Part shown: positions 34,166-49,454 of the stretch, piece after piece
Layout: each line of letters starts with the position of its first letter
How positions within the stretch are numbered: position 1 is the first letter of the stretch
Assembly: GCF_964355755.1 (NCBI RefSeq)
Contig: NC_092675.1
Coordinates: forward strand, 27,686,912-27,750,911
Origin: Antedon mediterranea
Taxonomy: Eukaryota > Animalia > Echinodermata
Direction of reading: 5' to 3'
DNA: 64,000 nt
Notes under the pieces: model-generated
What the model saw: only the letters and a program-made list of their open reading frames with translations
Databases searched by the model: none
Told to the model about the DNA's origin: nothing
Translations under genes and position numbers: made by a program

Positions 34166-37100
34166 CAGAGACCGACAAACTTATAGTAACTTAAGGGGTT
34201 AGGGTTGAGTGGTTTCGGAAGATGAAATTTTGTGTTGGACATTGCGAGCAGGTCTGCGATGGGGATAGGATGCCAATCGATCACTGGTGCGTAAACATTA
34301 AAATATCGGTTTCCTAACGGGGACGTTTTCATCTATTCCCCTATTGTCTTATCGCCAATTTGGGCCTAACGTGTCGCTCGATAAAAGTTACTGGCTCCTG
34401 ACATTATAAACTTGTTTTTTTCTTCGAAGTTCGCCGGCTGGAGTTCCCACGAACATTGGACGACATAACTCGAACAATAATAAATAATAATATTGTCGTG
34501 AATATTATTAACAGTACGCTTGGGAGTAACTATAACATTTCTCACTTTGTTTAATTGCATACTATATTATTTTCTTTGAAGTAGCTTGATTCAACGCGAT
34601 CTTCTAATTTCGAATATTTACCATTAGACCTAATGAATGCAAGGCTGAGCATAACGTTGTTTTCCATTATTATCATTATACTGATATAATCAACACACAT
34701 TTGAATACTGAAATGATACTATAGTAATATTTTAATTGAGAACCTATGTCCTCCTCCACTTTGTTTAAAAAAAACTGCATGTAAATAAATTGCCATGCCT
34801 AGGATACTATATATAAATAATGTCTCTCCGATGAAGTTTCTAATAAAGTCCATTTTAACGATAGGTTTAAAGTTAACCTAATCTTCTTTCGAAATCTTTC
34901 GTTTCTTTCTTATTCCGTTTCATTCTTTCAGGGAAGAGTGACATTTTCATCCCTAATTATCTTTAAAACTGAATAAATAACGTACGAAGTCAATTTAATA
35001 AACATTTATTTTGCCACAAAGGGCATATAAAACCGAGCCCTCCCTCTCACTTTGTGATCACCGATGTTATGATGGATAGAAACCAAAAAAAGTACAAAAC
35101 AGTATACCCTAGCTATTTTAAACAAAATACTCGGAATTTAAAGAATGCTCATATCATTTAATAAATATTGAAAGTTGAATAGTACTTGTTGTGTTAATAC
35201 TTAAGGCCTTTCATGAATAACACTAACAATAAAAGATAACATTATTAACACAATTATTATATATCAATAATAGACTTAATGAGTTGAATTATTTTGGTTC
35301 ATTGTTAATAATGAATAATAAACACACAATAATATTTTTACTTTTAATGTATTGTTTAAATATATATTTCTACATAATTAGGCTATATTACAGTATACTA
35401 CCTTTTTTTTTATTAAACCATTATAAAATACAATTTTTGTTTTTTTGAGTATAGTGTATTAGGCTCAAGTTATATTTGGACGTATTCGACTCAAATGCTC
35501 CTCAGTGTTCACAAGGCAAGAGCGAGCAGTAAAAGTTCAGTTTTAACTGCGAATGTGTTTGCGAGTGACGAGTTTAATACCAATCCCTTTCACAAACATC
35601 AACCAGTCCACGTGACCATTCTTGGATAGATTCTGTTTTTACTTAAAAAAATCTGAATTTCATCTGAAGAAGAAAAAACTTCTAGGCACCAAAAGGTCGA
35701 GAGTGGGCATCATCAAACGGCGTACAAAGGCGTCTGGATTCACTACCTGGACCGGACCCATCTTTGATCTATACGCGTGACATTTGCATTTATATTGTGA
35801 CGTTATTAATTGAAGTTTTAAAATTAATATTGAATGATTAATTGATAGTGCCGCTCCATATGTTCAAATCTTAGGTCAAACAGCTTAAATCCCTGCTAGG
35901 CGTATCCTTGAATAGGCCAAGAATATCTGAATCTTCGCCAGCAGACGGGTCATCAACCGACCGCCGTCCGTAACATCGCGTGTATCTATACAATGACGTT
36001 AATTCGGGAAAAATATTTCCCCTACTCAAGTGTTAGACCTGAATCAACTTTGAGTTGACTGCGAGCATTGTGACAAGAAGCACTTAAACGGACCTAACTA
36101 TCATCAATATACTTAAAAGGATGCTTTAAGATGGGTCATATTAAAAGCGGAGAGTGTACATGGCGTCAGCCAATATTGTGACCATATACAATATCAATAA
36201 ACATTTGCCGCCGATTTTGAGTACCTTATGGCTCAGTGCCTATTCCATGATATCACAAAAGCTACATACAAATCCCCCTCCATCAATAGCAAAAAGGTCC
36301 AAAGAAACGTCATCAAAACGGTGTCGAGATCTACTTACTGTACCAAAATGGCGCTACATTAAATGCTCAATTGTATTAATAATCCATAATGATTATTAAT
36401 AGAAAGATATTAAGTAATCTAATAAATTTATTACGTAGGCCTATATAGTCTAGACTATAGGTTTACCACTTAAAGTCTATAAATATTATTTAATTTGTAT
36501 ATTTCCTGAAATGTTACCTCACTTGTAACTATAAACCATCATTTATAGGCTAGACAATTTAAAATTATCGTAAAAAATGAACATATACTGTTTTTAGAAA
36601 ACCTCAGTGGGGAAATGACGTATTATTCGAAAATTGGGGTGTTTTAACAGTGAAGACTAATCTGGCACTCTTCCCTAGTTTCACCACAAAAGACATGTGA
36701 CGTCATTATCACAATGACCATTCAGACGGACACACCAATTACGTCATACATCGCATTAAGTTAGGATTGAGAAAAATAAGTGAAACCAAAATAAAATGTT
36801 GAATTAAACTCATTCTTACGTACTTTAATATCTCGTTAGTATAAATATTGGTTTATCATCATACTATAGTTGAAACACTAAATGTCTACAGTGTACTAGA
36901 ATGCTCTACAGATCTACGGAGTTAAGAGCGTAATTGTTAGAACACAAGGTAGGCCTCCGCCGTAGACCCTCTTTGGAACACCAATATTCTTGTGAGTTTA
37001 TAACACCACATTAAGAGGAAGTCGGTCTATTCCCGGAGTGTTTTTAACATAGGCAACATATTCAGGAGGATATACCTATATTAAAGAAGCGTCCCTTTAA

Positions 37101-39963
37101 TATGGGTTTTACCTTTACCTTAAATGTGCACCGTAGGCCTGAGAATAGCACCCTATAGTTTCAGCCGATTCTTGGTACTGTATCTATTTCCGTAAATCAT
37201 ACCGGGAGTATTTGGTACCGTACCGTAATACAACATCACATGTGTTTCACATGTATCTAGTAACCTAACCCATAACCTAACCTTACATAATACAAATTAT
37301 GTGCAGATACAGCACTTGGAATCGGGTGATAGTTTTGTGAATAATCATGTTTATTGTTTACACTGTTTCTATAATATATAATAGGCCTATACAAATCCAT
37401 AAAGTATGCTTATAATGATATTGACAAATAATTCTGATTATCTTGAGAATTGTATTTTAGTACGTGACTGAGGTTTTTTCATACAAATAATTTTTCGTTA
37501 TCAATTCCGAGCATAAACACTGCTCAAATGAAAACAAAGTATTTGCGGGTAATTTGGAACCAAATTCTTACTAAAACAATTACCAAAAATGAGGAGTTTA
37601 CAACGTTAATTGTAGTAGGCCTAATTCTAAGGCGGCGATGTTCAAATGATACAAATGGGTTTCAATGAAGGAAAAGAACGTTTAAATAAATTAGCTTGAT
37701 ACCGGCAAATGTAATTTATTTGTATTTTATGCACCTTCTTAAATTTCTTACCTTGAGAATGAGCATTTGTAGTTACAGGCCGACTTTGGCGAACTAGATA
37801 AGACATATGTGATTAAAAAGACATGTTCAATTGGACTTTCACGCTATTATCCTTCAAATGATTCCCTTCCTTCGACGTAAAAACTACCAAAAAAGGACGA
37901 TTTAGAACAATTTACCTAAATGATAATTACTAATTACAATTAGGCCGACTCGTGTAGTAATAAACTTAACTTATAAAATCTTAACATCAATATCGGATCA
38001 TTAACTCAAGACCGATAACATCCGGAAAGCTAGCAAACGTAGCAACATGAGCACGTTTTAAATAAAACAATTATTTCATTAAAATCTCATTTAGGAAGTT
38101 AGAGGAAAAATAATAATAATAAATAAAAATAATATAATTTTTTCCAGAAGTTTAAAAATGATAAAAAATAACACACAAAAAGGAAAAAATACAAAACAAG
38201 TTCGGTATCATTTAATTATTAAAGATGTATTGTTCCTCAAACATAAGCAAAATTCGGAGTAAAAACTTTGATTTGAATAAAAAAAATAATAAATTGAACA
38301 GTTTTAGAGAAATCAGAGACAACTTTATCATTAAATAAACACCTCAGACTGTTAGGAAAAGAGTTATTATGTTCTTATAATTAATCTTGTGTTTCGAAGG
38401 AGAAGCTTTTGAATAAAAGGCTGGAATCTTATGAATTAATTAATTAATTAACAGCACACTAGAATTATGGTGTTTTTAGTCGCTTTTAACCAAATAAATT
38501 TACTGTAGGCCTATACCGAAACATCTGTCTGGCTATCCCAAGAGTGTTTAGAGTACACAGAAACAACTTTCGGAAGTTGAATTCACTAGACCACGGTTTA
38601 CTCGTCTCAACTCTAAAGTTCCCTATTTCAGGGTCAAAAGGGGAAATAATTGTTCAACTCTTACCACAGGTATGTAACGATAACTTCGATTGCCCCAATC
38701 CACGGCAATATCACCGTAGATTGGTGGATTTTATAACATTGATAATAGAATTAATTAATGTATTAGAACTTCAGATCAATCTCTCGTCCATCCAATAATA
38801 ATTATATTTTAAAACATATTTATGTTATGAATAGTTTCAGTAAAATACATACCAATTTGCATGCCCCTACTTTTTCATTTTCCAAAATATTTAATTTTTA
38901 CTTCCTAATTTCAAGCATACTGAGATCAAATTTATCACCTGCTTAGCAAAATATATCATCTTAAGCTTGACTTAAAAAATTAAAAATATGATGTTTGATT
39001 TGTTTTGTTATTTTCGAATTTTATTGTTATTATGAGTATTGAAGTCAAATTGTATCCTAATTTTATTTGATAATTATCTGTCTTTCTCGATGTATGACGC
39101 AGACGGACTTCTGGCACCTAGCCGAAATATACGGGAACCGACCGCCGTGTGAAAAGAATGATTAATGTTTACTACATTACTACGACTAGTACGTCAACAC
39201 GTTAAAATCAAATTACTTAAGCATCTCCTATTTATGCTTATTTAGGTTACATAATCCATGTTTGTTTTATATATATGTTGTTATAATGGAATAAGTGGTG
39301 GAGACCCTTTTTTCACCTTTTAAAATAACTAAAAAGACAAGAGATTGCCTAACAACGTAAATTGGTAAGGAAAACAATTTAATTCGGATAATCACTAAAC
39401 AAACATCGGTGTATTTATTGAGGTGAAATCATAAACCGTGTTGCATTAATACATGTAATAGAAGTAATGATCAAACAAGACAGAAATCAGTCTCTTAAGA
39501 AATGTAAAACGATGACTTAAGTAAATGCCGAACCGGTGAACGGTGAATCGACTCCACTTGATTGAGAAGAGATCATTGCGGATCATATTAAAGTTATCGT
39601 ATTTTGGCATCACGCTAGGGAGTGTTAATGACTTTGGAGTATGTTTTGCTATTGATTCAGCGCCAGGGAGTCCTCTTTGCAATTTGTCAAGAATTTGTAG
39701 AGTGCAAAGTACCCTTGAAAAGAGTATTGATCAGGTTGAACCTGCCTGCTTTTCTGTTCGGTGACCCGCTGTTGGAATTACAAGAGAAGGCCGCCATAAA
39801 GCAAATCGTATTAAACGACCAAGATATTTTAATTGACAAATTGAAGTACTTAGATATTGAATGCCATTGTGTTTTATCAATAGAACCGAGAACATGATGA
39901 AATCAATATGCTTTAGGTGTGTGAAGTTTTAATTCCACATTGACTCATTTCTCCACGTTTTAA

Positions 39964-40192
39964 AGATGTATTGTCCCCCTGAAATTTTTTTTTTTACAAT
40001 TTTTGTTGTTGAATATGCCATTTTAATGTCACATAATAATTATCCACTTTGATCATTTATTTTGTCATTTTATAAGTAAAAACGTTTTTTTTTTCTACGG
40101 AAGTGATTAACTTTGTTAAAACTACAAAATAACATATTCAAAGTCTGATTTAATCATCTTCATTTTTCATGTTTTTGGGGGACAATACATCT
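39964..40192. mobile_element. Kolobok-type MITE (same termini as 22390-22934)
   Basis: TTAA|AGATGTATTGTCCCCC...GGGGGACAATACATCT|TTAA; a single similar end occurs at 38223. Confidence 0.85.
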
Positions 40193-41866
40193 TTAAGCGA
40201 TAATAGGTTTGTTCCTCATTGGTCCAATATGTAAAATATTGTTCGTACAATGTTCATTTGACAGGCATTTTATAGGTCATAGACTCACTGTATTTATAAG
40301 TTAGAGAAATGGAATGTGTAATGTATTTATGAGTGGTGGTAAATAAATGGCGACTTATGAAATATGAATTATAGTATACGATATAGGTCATATGTACTTT
40401 ATGACGGATTATCCAGTCGTAAATAATCAAACTATAATTGTTATTTTTGGAAGATTACAAAACATACCGATACGGTTAAATATTGATTCCTCCAATCATG
40501 GAGGAATTATAATTCCTCTATACTCTAATCATTTAGATTAACTACCATTATCAACTTCAAACGTATAATAAAGGGAACACAAATATGATATAAGAATAAA
40601 CAAATTGTTCGTGACAACACAGTGACTTGATTCCATGAGATGATAAAAAATTTAAAAAAAATGATAGGCCTATAATAAATTTAAACGAAAAAGTAAAAGA
40701 TGGCCGAAGAAATATTCCAAGATTTAATTAGGTATAAGGCGTACACGCGATATTAGTTATACATGTGGTGTTGATCCACTCAAGACATGTAAACTATTAG
40801 ATTATTTCGTTTTCAGGATTGTTATTATTGTATTTGAATTATCATAACGATAATATAGTATTTATCTATCCTAACCATTATTTTCTGTTGTGAATTTAAG
40901 TTTCTATACTTACGGTATTTTGTATATATTGCATGCCTTTAATTTTAATACGATGTTATTATGTAGACCTACAGTAAAAATATACGTATTAATTCTGAAA
41001 GCTCTTTAAAAAATAGGTTATATTCACCCTTATGACTCATCTGTTAGAATTCTAAATGAAATACATTTTTTATTTTAACGGAATGCTGTGGTTTTGTCTA
41101 GCATACAGTTTCCTTACTGTCAAAACTAAAACGAAATTGTAGGCTAATCTAATGGGTGTTGTAGGCCGACTGTTTACCTCAAAATTACTGTTTAAGTTGA
41201 AAATATTCTTACGGAGAAATGGGTGTGTTGCGGCAGCTACACCCTAACTACCGATGACCTATTTGCTCCAGGGATGAAACTGATACCAATTTAGAAACCT
41301 TTTATTTACTTATTAAAACCGCGAGCTATTATTTGAATGTTTTATGTTGGTAATGGTTAAAACCTGAAAATTAGTATAGGCCTATACGAGTAAACAGAGG
41401 AGGACAATACTGAACACTTTAAGCCGCAGATGTTTACAAAAACTCGCTTCTAAATTTTCTAGGCCTACATTACTTTGTAACCAGAGTTCAACATTCCACT
41501 GACCTGTTTATTGAAATGTAAAGAGACTGATAGAGGTCTGTAGTTAATTCAACTCAACTGTTTTTTAACAAAATTTTATTTATTATTGTGTTCGGGTAAA
41601 AAGATTGTTTAAAATTAGTATTTTAGTTATAGATGATGACTGCAGTTATGACCAAGGAAGACACTTCCCTGATTGACCAGCTTCACAATATATTGTGAAT
41701 CGGATTATTATTATTATTATTATTATTATCATTTTTTACTTATTATTAAGTAATTGGTATTAATATGTTGGAAAACATTATAACATTAGGCCTACATATA
41801 TATCTTCCATGAATAATGATTTTCATAGAGTGAGAATTGTATTTTCAAAAGTATCCACTGTTATAA

Positions 41867-42023
41867 AGATCTGTCTACTTATCAAACTAGTTTGACAAAA
41901 AAAATATGATTTGCCCAAATATGGTAGTGATAATATACTCAAACATGGTAGTGACATCATCATGTCCATATATGGGCACATCACATTTTTTTTCACATAA
42001 AGTTTGATAGTGTATACAGAGCT
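41867..42023. mobile_element. Harbinger-type MITE (family C)
   Basis: TAA|AGATCTGTCTACTTATCAAACT...AGTTTGATAGTGTATACAGAGCT|TAA. Confidence 0.75.
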
Positions 42024-45000
42024 TAAGTTGACACGCGCTCAACGTTCAATTTAAGGCTGCTCTGTTGAATCAAATGTTTTTATTTTGTCTTATTTGGACA
42101 ATTGTAACGGTTGTCTTAACAAGTGTGGACCATCGTGGCTGAGCTCTTTAGCCTATTCTCACTCCATCGAGTATATTGTAATTTTGATGACCAAATAATT
42201 ATAATTATTTCTTATTTTCAAAGATAAAGCATTTGAACAGGGAAGAGGGAAATTTTAACATTCCCGATTAGACCTAGAATTTCTTAACGCATAATCACAC
42301 TTGTGTAGAAATCTGGCGGAGTATTTTCAATAAAATCGTCATATTACCTACAGTTTCAGCAGTTATTTTTAATGTTCCGACTTTTCAAAGAGAAATTATT
42401 CGTATCATTAGGATCTATCATCGACCGCGGTAACTAACAATACGGTTAATGGGTTCAACTGTAAAATGGTTCTATATCATTACTATTTAAAGCCGAACTC
42501 CAAACAAAACTACAAGCGTTCCGAAACGATATTTTTCGGTTAGATCATAGTGAATAAGTTGATAATGCCTAATCAGTATTTTAAGTTGAACAACTGCTAA
42601 CGAGGAATGGACGATAGAAGAATGATGAAATAAAATGATCATGTGATATTTGTGCCGCTTTTCTGGAATTTTTCGTTTATTCTTTTGACGTATGGAATAA
42701 TTATTTTTTTATTTGGATTTTTGTTAATTAATTACAAATGACATCATAAAACATTACTTTCTTGACTTTAGGCTCTAAAAATATGCTTGCCTTGAGCAAA
42801 TATTTACGAATGAATTAGATATCCTTTGTTTTATCTTTCGTGTTTAACCACCACATTTATTCATTCAATGTCATAATTGTATATAAATCTTCTATTCTAC
42901 CTTTTTTCAATTATATTCTGTGTTTATATACTTTTTTAATATAATGTAGATTTTTAACACACATATGAGACTTATATTAATACTATATAATAATTAAATA
43001 CTTTATGTTGTAGAAATGGAAACGAAGAGGAACCTTGACCTCAATTGGTGAGACCAGATAATTACTTATGTAAATTTATGATTTTGTAACTTCTAACATT
43101 TAATTTTAATTATACATGATCTATTCCAATTTCGTTGTAGGCCTACTGTATTTGTTTTTTATTGTCCAGAATAAACTTACCGCCTAATATATTTTGAGAT
43201 TATTGAAACTTTATTTTGTAGAAATGGAAACGAAGAGGAACATCGACATTGATGAAACACCAGTAGAGAGATATATACAGTAGGTGATATTTTTAAATGT
43301 TTTTCTTAAATTTTCACATAGTCATCCAATTCGAAGATATTGATCGTTTTCGAGAAGAGAGTTAGCACAAAATATACTTCGATTAATTGAAACTTTGGCA
43401 GAGAGAGAATGAAACCGTTAACAAAGTAGAGAAAAATCAACAAGGCAAATATTATATGATTTGTCATGAACTTATACAGCTGAAGTTAAACGGCAAATAA
43501 AACCCATTGCCGGTCGCACAGTGGGATGTATGTTTAACTTGTTCTGTCGGTAAGCTTATATCAACATCACACGTTTGTAAGAGTTGAGTCCTATTAACTT
43601 GTATGACAAACCACAGACTGTACAGCTACTAATTGCATGTCCATTACGCTACAATCAATCTTGACGTGGGGTCAATTAAGAGAACTATGAAACGCCGAAA
43701 TTGACAAAGTTGATTCTAATGTCCGATATTGCATTATATTTGTAAAATCTTTCTAACTGTTGCAAACATAAATTTATAATTATTTAAATAATTATAAATG
43801 ATCATTTAAACATTAGTGGAACTAGCCTTGAAGCCCTCTGTGCTTATTTTTTAAGCTTCTCCAGCATAAGTGCATTCTACTTTTTTTTAAATCTCATTTT
43901 CTGTTTTAAATACATATTATAATGTATCTTAAGATAATAAATTGAATCATTAATCATCAACAACTCTCATTAACATGATTATTTCAATATTTTTTTTATC
44001 ATCTTTCAAATAATCTTTCTTTTCACTATTTTTGTCATTGCTGCTGTAATGAAGTTCGCGTCCCATACCGAATGTCATTCTGCATTAAATTCATACCGAC
44101 ATGACGTGTATGTATCTCTAAGCGGGTGAATCACAAAGACCCGTTTAATAGTCCCGATGGCAATATTTATATACCCGAGGCCTTTCCACCCCACTTAAAG
44201 AAACACTTTTGGAAGACTGCCGTCCATCATATCTAGCGACAGGATGTCGTGTATGAGGCCCAGAACGACGAGCATTGCCGACGCATTTACTTCGGTTACG
44301 AAATATTCCTCGATGTGATACGCACTTCCGAATTCCTAACTTTTACGAGGTCTAAAAATAATTATAAGATGTTCTCATTGAAATTGGAGAACCAATATTT
44401 AATTGATGCTTTTGAGTTCCTGAAAATGAAGATATTTGCAACCTTGGAGTCGCTAAACGAATACGTCATCAAAACGTGGCAATGCGTCGTATATTATGCG
44501 TCGAAATTACGACAGCTGCAAAAGAAGGATCGTGAAAGTACGACAACTTATTTAAAACACTTTTAACCCTTAAAAATCATTGAAAATGAGTATTATATGA
44601 ATTTACGTCATAATAATGACAACATGACGGGCTATGTCTATAGCGGAACGTTGGCATTTCGATGAAGTTCAAAAGGTAAAACCATCTTAGTGAAATATCA
44701 CATTTTTAAATTGATGCAACAATGTAAGCCAACCTCACCATTAAAAAATATTGTTTGGTAAATATAACGCTTCCGATATTTTAATAAAAAGGTCATTAAA
44801 CTTTCATTAAAATTTAGAAGAATCATAAAACACATTATAATGAAAGTGGACATTTGACTCCAAGTTAGAATTGTGATTAACACATTGGCGCTGATTCATT
44901 AACTGTATTCGTGGATTAATATTCTGCACATTTTGAGACTTTAATCAAGTGAAAATCCGCAAAAATGTATGGAATGCTTCTGTGGCAAGCTACGATACGC

Positions 45001-45464
45001 CAACTATCGTAAGAAAAGCATGTGATGTGGTGATTAAGCATCTTGGTCGCTTCTTCACTGGCTAATTTAAAGATATAGATCTCATAAGCTCATAGTAAAT
45101 GATGTACATCCAGTGTATTACCCCGTTGATCCTCGCCAATCTAGTCTGTATTTCTCTTTATATCTAACCTATTCAGATATTGGATGCCGATCCACATAGT
45201 ATAAAATAATGTAAAGTAAATAGTGGAGTTGTAGTTTGGTGGTTAACGTGCTTGCTTTTCCAATCCAGGGTTCAATTCTGACCTAGGTGAGAATTGTAAC
45301 TCACGACTCATTTAACTTCTCTCTCTAACCCTCAAATAAGCCTTAGCTTATAAGCACGATAAATTATAATAGTTAGCCCTATTCATCCTGCAATTGGAGA
45401 GTAAAGTTACTAGGTGTTCGATTCGTTTGAAATCTATTGTATCATGGAGAAAATATATAGATAT

Positions 45465-45927
45465 ATTTATATAAATCCAAAGGCAAATTACTGGAAAAAA
45501 AATGACAATGCTGTGGGTAACAGTGGCTGGATCTCAATGGAGATACAAAAATAAAAAGCGAAAAGCTAAATCAAAACGATAAAGTGAACAGCCAGAAAAG
45601 TTAGCAGAGCTTTCGAGCAACACTAGCCCTTCATCAGTGCAAGTGAAGGAATTTGGATAACGTCATAGTATAAAGTTATCCAAAGTACCCTCCATAATTA
45701 CAGCAAAATCAGATCAAAATTGATACAAACAGTAGAAAATATATATAAATCCAAAGGCAAATTACTGAATATATAGGCCTATTTAAATCCAAAGGCAAAT
45801 TACAGAAAAAATGACAATGCTGTGGGTATCAGTGGCTGGATCTCAATGCAATGGAGATACAAAAAAAAAAGCGAAAAGCTAAACCGAAACGATAGGCCTA
45901 AAGTAAAACAGCTAGAAAAGTTAGCAG
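45465..45927 (-). mobile_element. Hammerhead-containing repeat, partial tandem dimer
   Basis: Body present twice (about 45927-45785 and 45606-45470), with the hammerhead motif at 45642-45601 between them; period about 320 nt. Confidence 0.75.
45601..45642 (-). ncRNA. Minimal type I hammerhead ribozyme motif
   Basis: Reverse complement TTGCA-CTGATGA-A-GGGC-TAGTGTT-GCTC-GAAA-GC-TC^TGCTAA. Confidence 0.62.
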
Positions 45928-48737
45928 TAGGCCTACTTGTACTTGGACAAAGTACATAATATACACACACATTAGGCATAGAACATTAATTCTAAACTGC
46001 CCGGTGATATACTGAAATTTAAGTAATTCATTTGAGACTAAAGGTGAGGAAATCTGTAAGGATGAGAATATATATATAATATATATTTCTCCCATGATTG
46101 CATGCAAGGTACATAATATACACAATACACACATAATATGCAAAACAAGTTTATTTCTACTCGATTGTGTATTATCCTGTATAAATATGTTGTTAAGTAA
46201 GTAAGTAAGTAAGTAAGTACGTAGGACGTACATACATTCGTTACCATCAGTCCATGTTTCCCATTCTAAAATGACATAAAAACACAAACTTCTTTGGCCT
46301 CTTTTGATGTAATGCTTACATTTGGAATTCTATTCTACACTCTTCAGTCTAGGGTTAATAAATGATGATGAAATGATTGTCTGATAGGTTCAAATGTCAG
46401 AGACGAACGTCCAAACAATTACTTATAGACATTAACATTAAAATACCGCGCATGGATGAAAGGCAAAGATGTTGTAAATGACAAGAAACGGAAGTTGACG
46501 TCAAAGAAACGATCTTCCCAACCTTTAGTTTGATTTTACATTAGAACTAAATAACATTCCCATGTGTGATGGTACGGTACCGTAACTTTAAAAAAAAAAA
46601 GTCATATTCCGTAACAATTACGCACGTGATAGTTAGACTAAAAACGGTAGGGCCTACTTTATAGTGCGTTTGTGTTGTTTACAGAAAACAAGGCAGTCGC
46701 GTGTGCAAATTTGAGTTAGTGTTTACCGATCAACCGATCAACATAGTAAGACGGTAGAGTCGCTAATAATTTTTGCTGCAGATTATATTCAATATTGGCA
46801 GTACTCTTGGTGCCACAGATAAAAGTTTCGATTCTTAAAGTGATTAAACTTACATTGACAGCATAGAGGGCGTCAAAGTATTAAAACTTTATCCTAAATG
46901 AGGGCGCGCTATTCCATAAGTGTTTTGTGTTCGTGTTTGAAATTACAGTATTCCGTAATACAGTCTTTTTCAAAGCTCCCGGACTTTGCTTAATGGTGCT
47001 TATACTTTACCGGTATATACTTTGATTTATAGCAATCTTTCTTTCACATGAATCATAGTTTAATCACAATTTGCAATTATTACATTATTATTACACACCG
47101 TAGGCCTACAATAGTCTTCAATCAATTCTGCATTTTCGATTCTGAATTATTTTTTAAACAATATTTATTACATGAAGGTATTTTTTATTCATTACACTGA
47201 TTGTTATTGTTATAGTTCATGGACCATTAATCTGACGCCTTAAATTGTATTATAACTTCCATCAAGTATTTTTGATTATGTGTTATAATCACGGATCTAG
47301 TTTAGAATTTGTATAATTAAATTTGTGTTAAACAAACTTACAGCGCCATGCTTCCTACAGGCAAGGTCATGCTTCAAAGCGATCGGTCAGTATGTAAAAT
47401 TAAATACATATTTCGTTGATACCCATGGCCAAAAGGCTTTAATGTAAATCAGCCAATGAACCGTACTAATAAATTGACCAATTTGGGGTTTGAGAAGGGG
47501 TTGATAAAAATAAAAACAGATCATACGTGGAAGTGTTGGACGGGATGGGGACCCGGATGGGGAAGGCATTTTTATTGAAAAATATGGATGTATTTATATT
47601 CTTAAATATCAATGAATAATACGTCCACCATCCATTTCCAATTGTCTGCAACGTGCCTTGCGTAAGCTCCTAAGAGAGATGAGAGGCCTAAACTGGAGGA
47701 CCAAAGCTGGACAATAATCTCTGACCTTGGCAGGTGGATATTGGAGCTGGTCAAATTGAGTTAAACAACCTACAGGGCTTCTCCCAGTGATTGCCTGAAT
47801 TTGGTAAATATAAAGAAAGGGCTTGTCCGCGATTTTGATTTCTTATAGTACGGATTCCAGGGATTGCCCTACTTTGCTGTTCTACAAAGAAACAATATAT
47901 TCAAAAATATTTAAAACTTACTTTAAAAAGATTTGTTTAGAACTAATTCTATAATGAATAAAACAGATAATATAATGTATAGGCCTATGATAAAACCACA
48001 TTGTAGGCTATAATGAAAGAAATGCCTTAATTCGTATTGTTGTACTTGTTTTATTCTTTCACACCCAACAGTGTATACACATTACAGGATGAAAACATAG
48101 ATACAAGTATAAAAACAAACATATACAAATAATAAAAATAGCCTAAAAATTAATATAATCTATAGATTGGCACCAGTGTTAGTTATACTTAAACTTAGAA
48201 AAGATACAATAAAAGATATCTAATTCGGGACTTTGACAAACACATTTCATTCATTCATTCGTTTGTCAATTCATTAATTTATTCGTTCGTTCATTCATAA
48301 CTTATTTCTATTCTGTTTTCACTTTCATTTCCATTCTTATTTTTACGTCCGAAACTGCAAACTATGTAATGAAATTCAAAATGAAAGTAGTCTAATCCAT
48401 TAATATTGAGCAAGAGTGATTAGGCCGCAATTACATAACTACACATCATTAGCAGTAGACCTGGTAGGCCTAATTACTTTTTTTTAGAAATCGCTTAATC
48501 ATGAAATTGTTATTTTTCTCGATGACGTAAATGCTAATTACGTAATACTCGCTTAATGAACTGTATGAATGAATGAGAAAAATAGTTAGGCATATAATAA
48601 TTGGTACTGGTATACATTAATCTTCTATCTATTTATATATTGACTTTTACCGGTGATGATGATCCAGCTGAAGAATGTAGAAACTGACCATTAAAGCCCT
48701 CAATAAACACATTATTAATATAATACTATAATCTGAA

Positions 48738-49032
48738 TACTGCTACTACTACTACTGCTACTGCTACTGCTACTGCTGCTGCTACTACTGCTACTACTGC
48801 TACTACTGCTACTGCTACTGCTGCTGCTACTGCTGCTGCTGCTGCTGCTACTGCTACTACTGCTACTACTGCTACTGCTGCTGCTGCTGCTACTGCTGCT
48901 GCTGCTGCTGCTACTACTACTGCTACTGCTACTGCTACTACTACTACTACTACTACTATACTACTACTACTACTACTACTGCTACTACTACTACTACTAC
49001 TACTACTGCTACTACTACTGCTACTACTACTG

Positions 49033-49064
<32 letters not shown>

Positions 49065-49206
49065 GCTACTACTATACTACTATACTACTACTACTACTAC
49101 TACTGCTACTACTACTAACTACTACTAACTACTGCTATTACTACTACTACTACTACTACTGCTGCTACTACTACTACTACTACTACTACTACTGCTACTA
49201 CTACTG

Positions 49207-49247
<41 letters not shown>

Positions 49248-49260
49248 GCTACTACTACTG

Positions 49261-49298
<38 letters not shown>

Positions 49299-49416
49299 GC
49301 TGCTGCTACTACTACTGCTACTACTACTACTGCTACTACTACTACTACTACTGCTACTACTACTACTACTACTACTGCTACTACTACTACTACTACTACT
49401 ACTGCTACTACTACTG

Positions 49417-49454
<38 letters not shown>

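Noticed and set aside
39446-39897. Overlapping short ORFs (73-91 aa)
   Set aside because: No recognisable domain or splice pattern; more likely non-coding.
44249-44566. 105-aa ORF
   Set aside because: GTG start, no recognisable motif and no partner exons.
47400-47880. GC-richer segment, possibly a retroelement fragment
   Set aside because: Manual translation gave no recognisable motif, so it is left unannotated.
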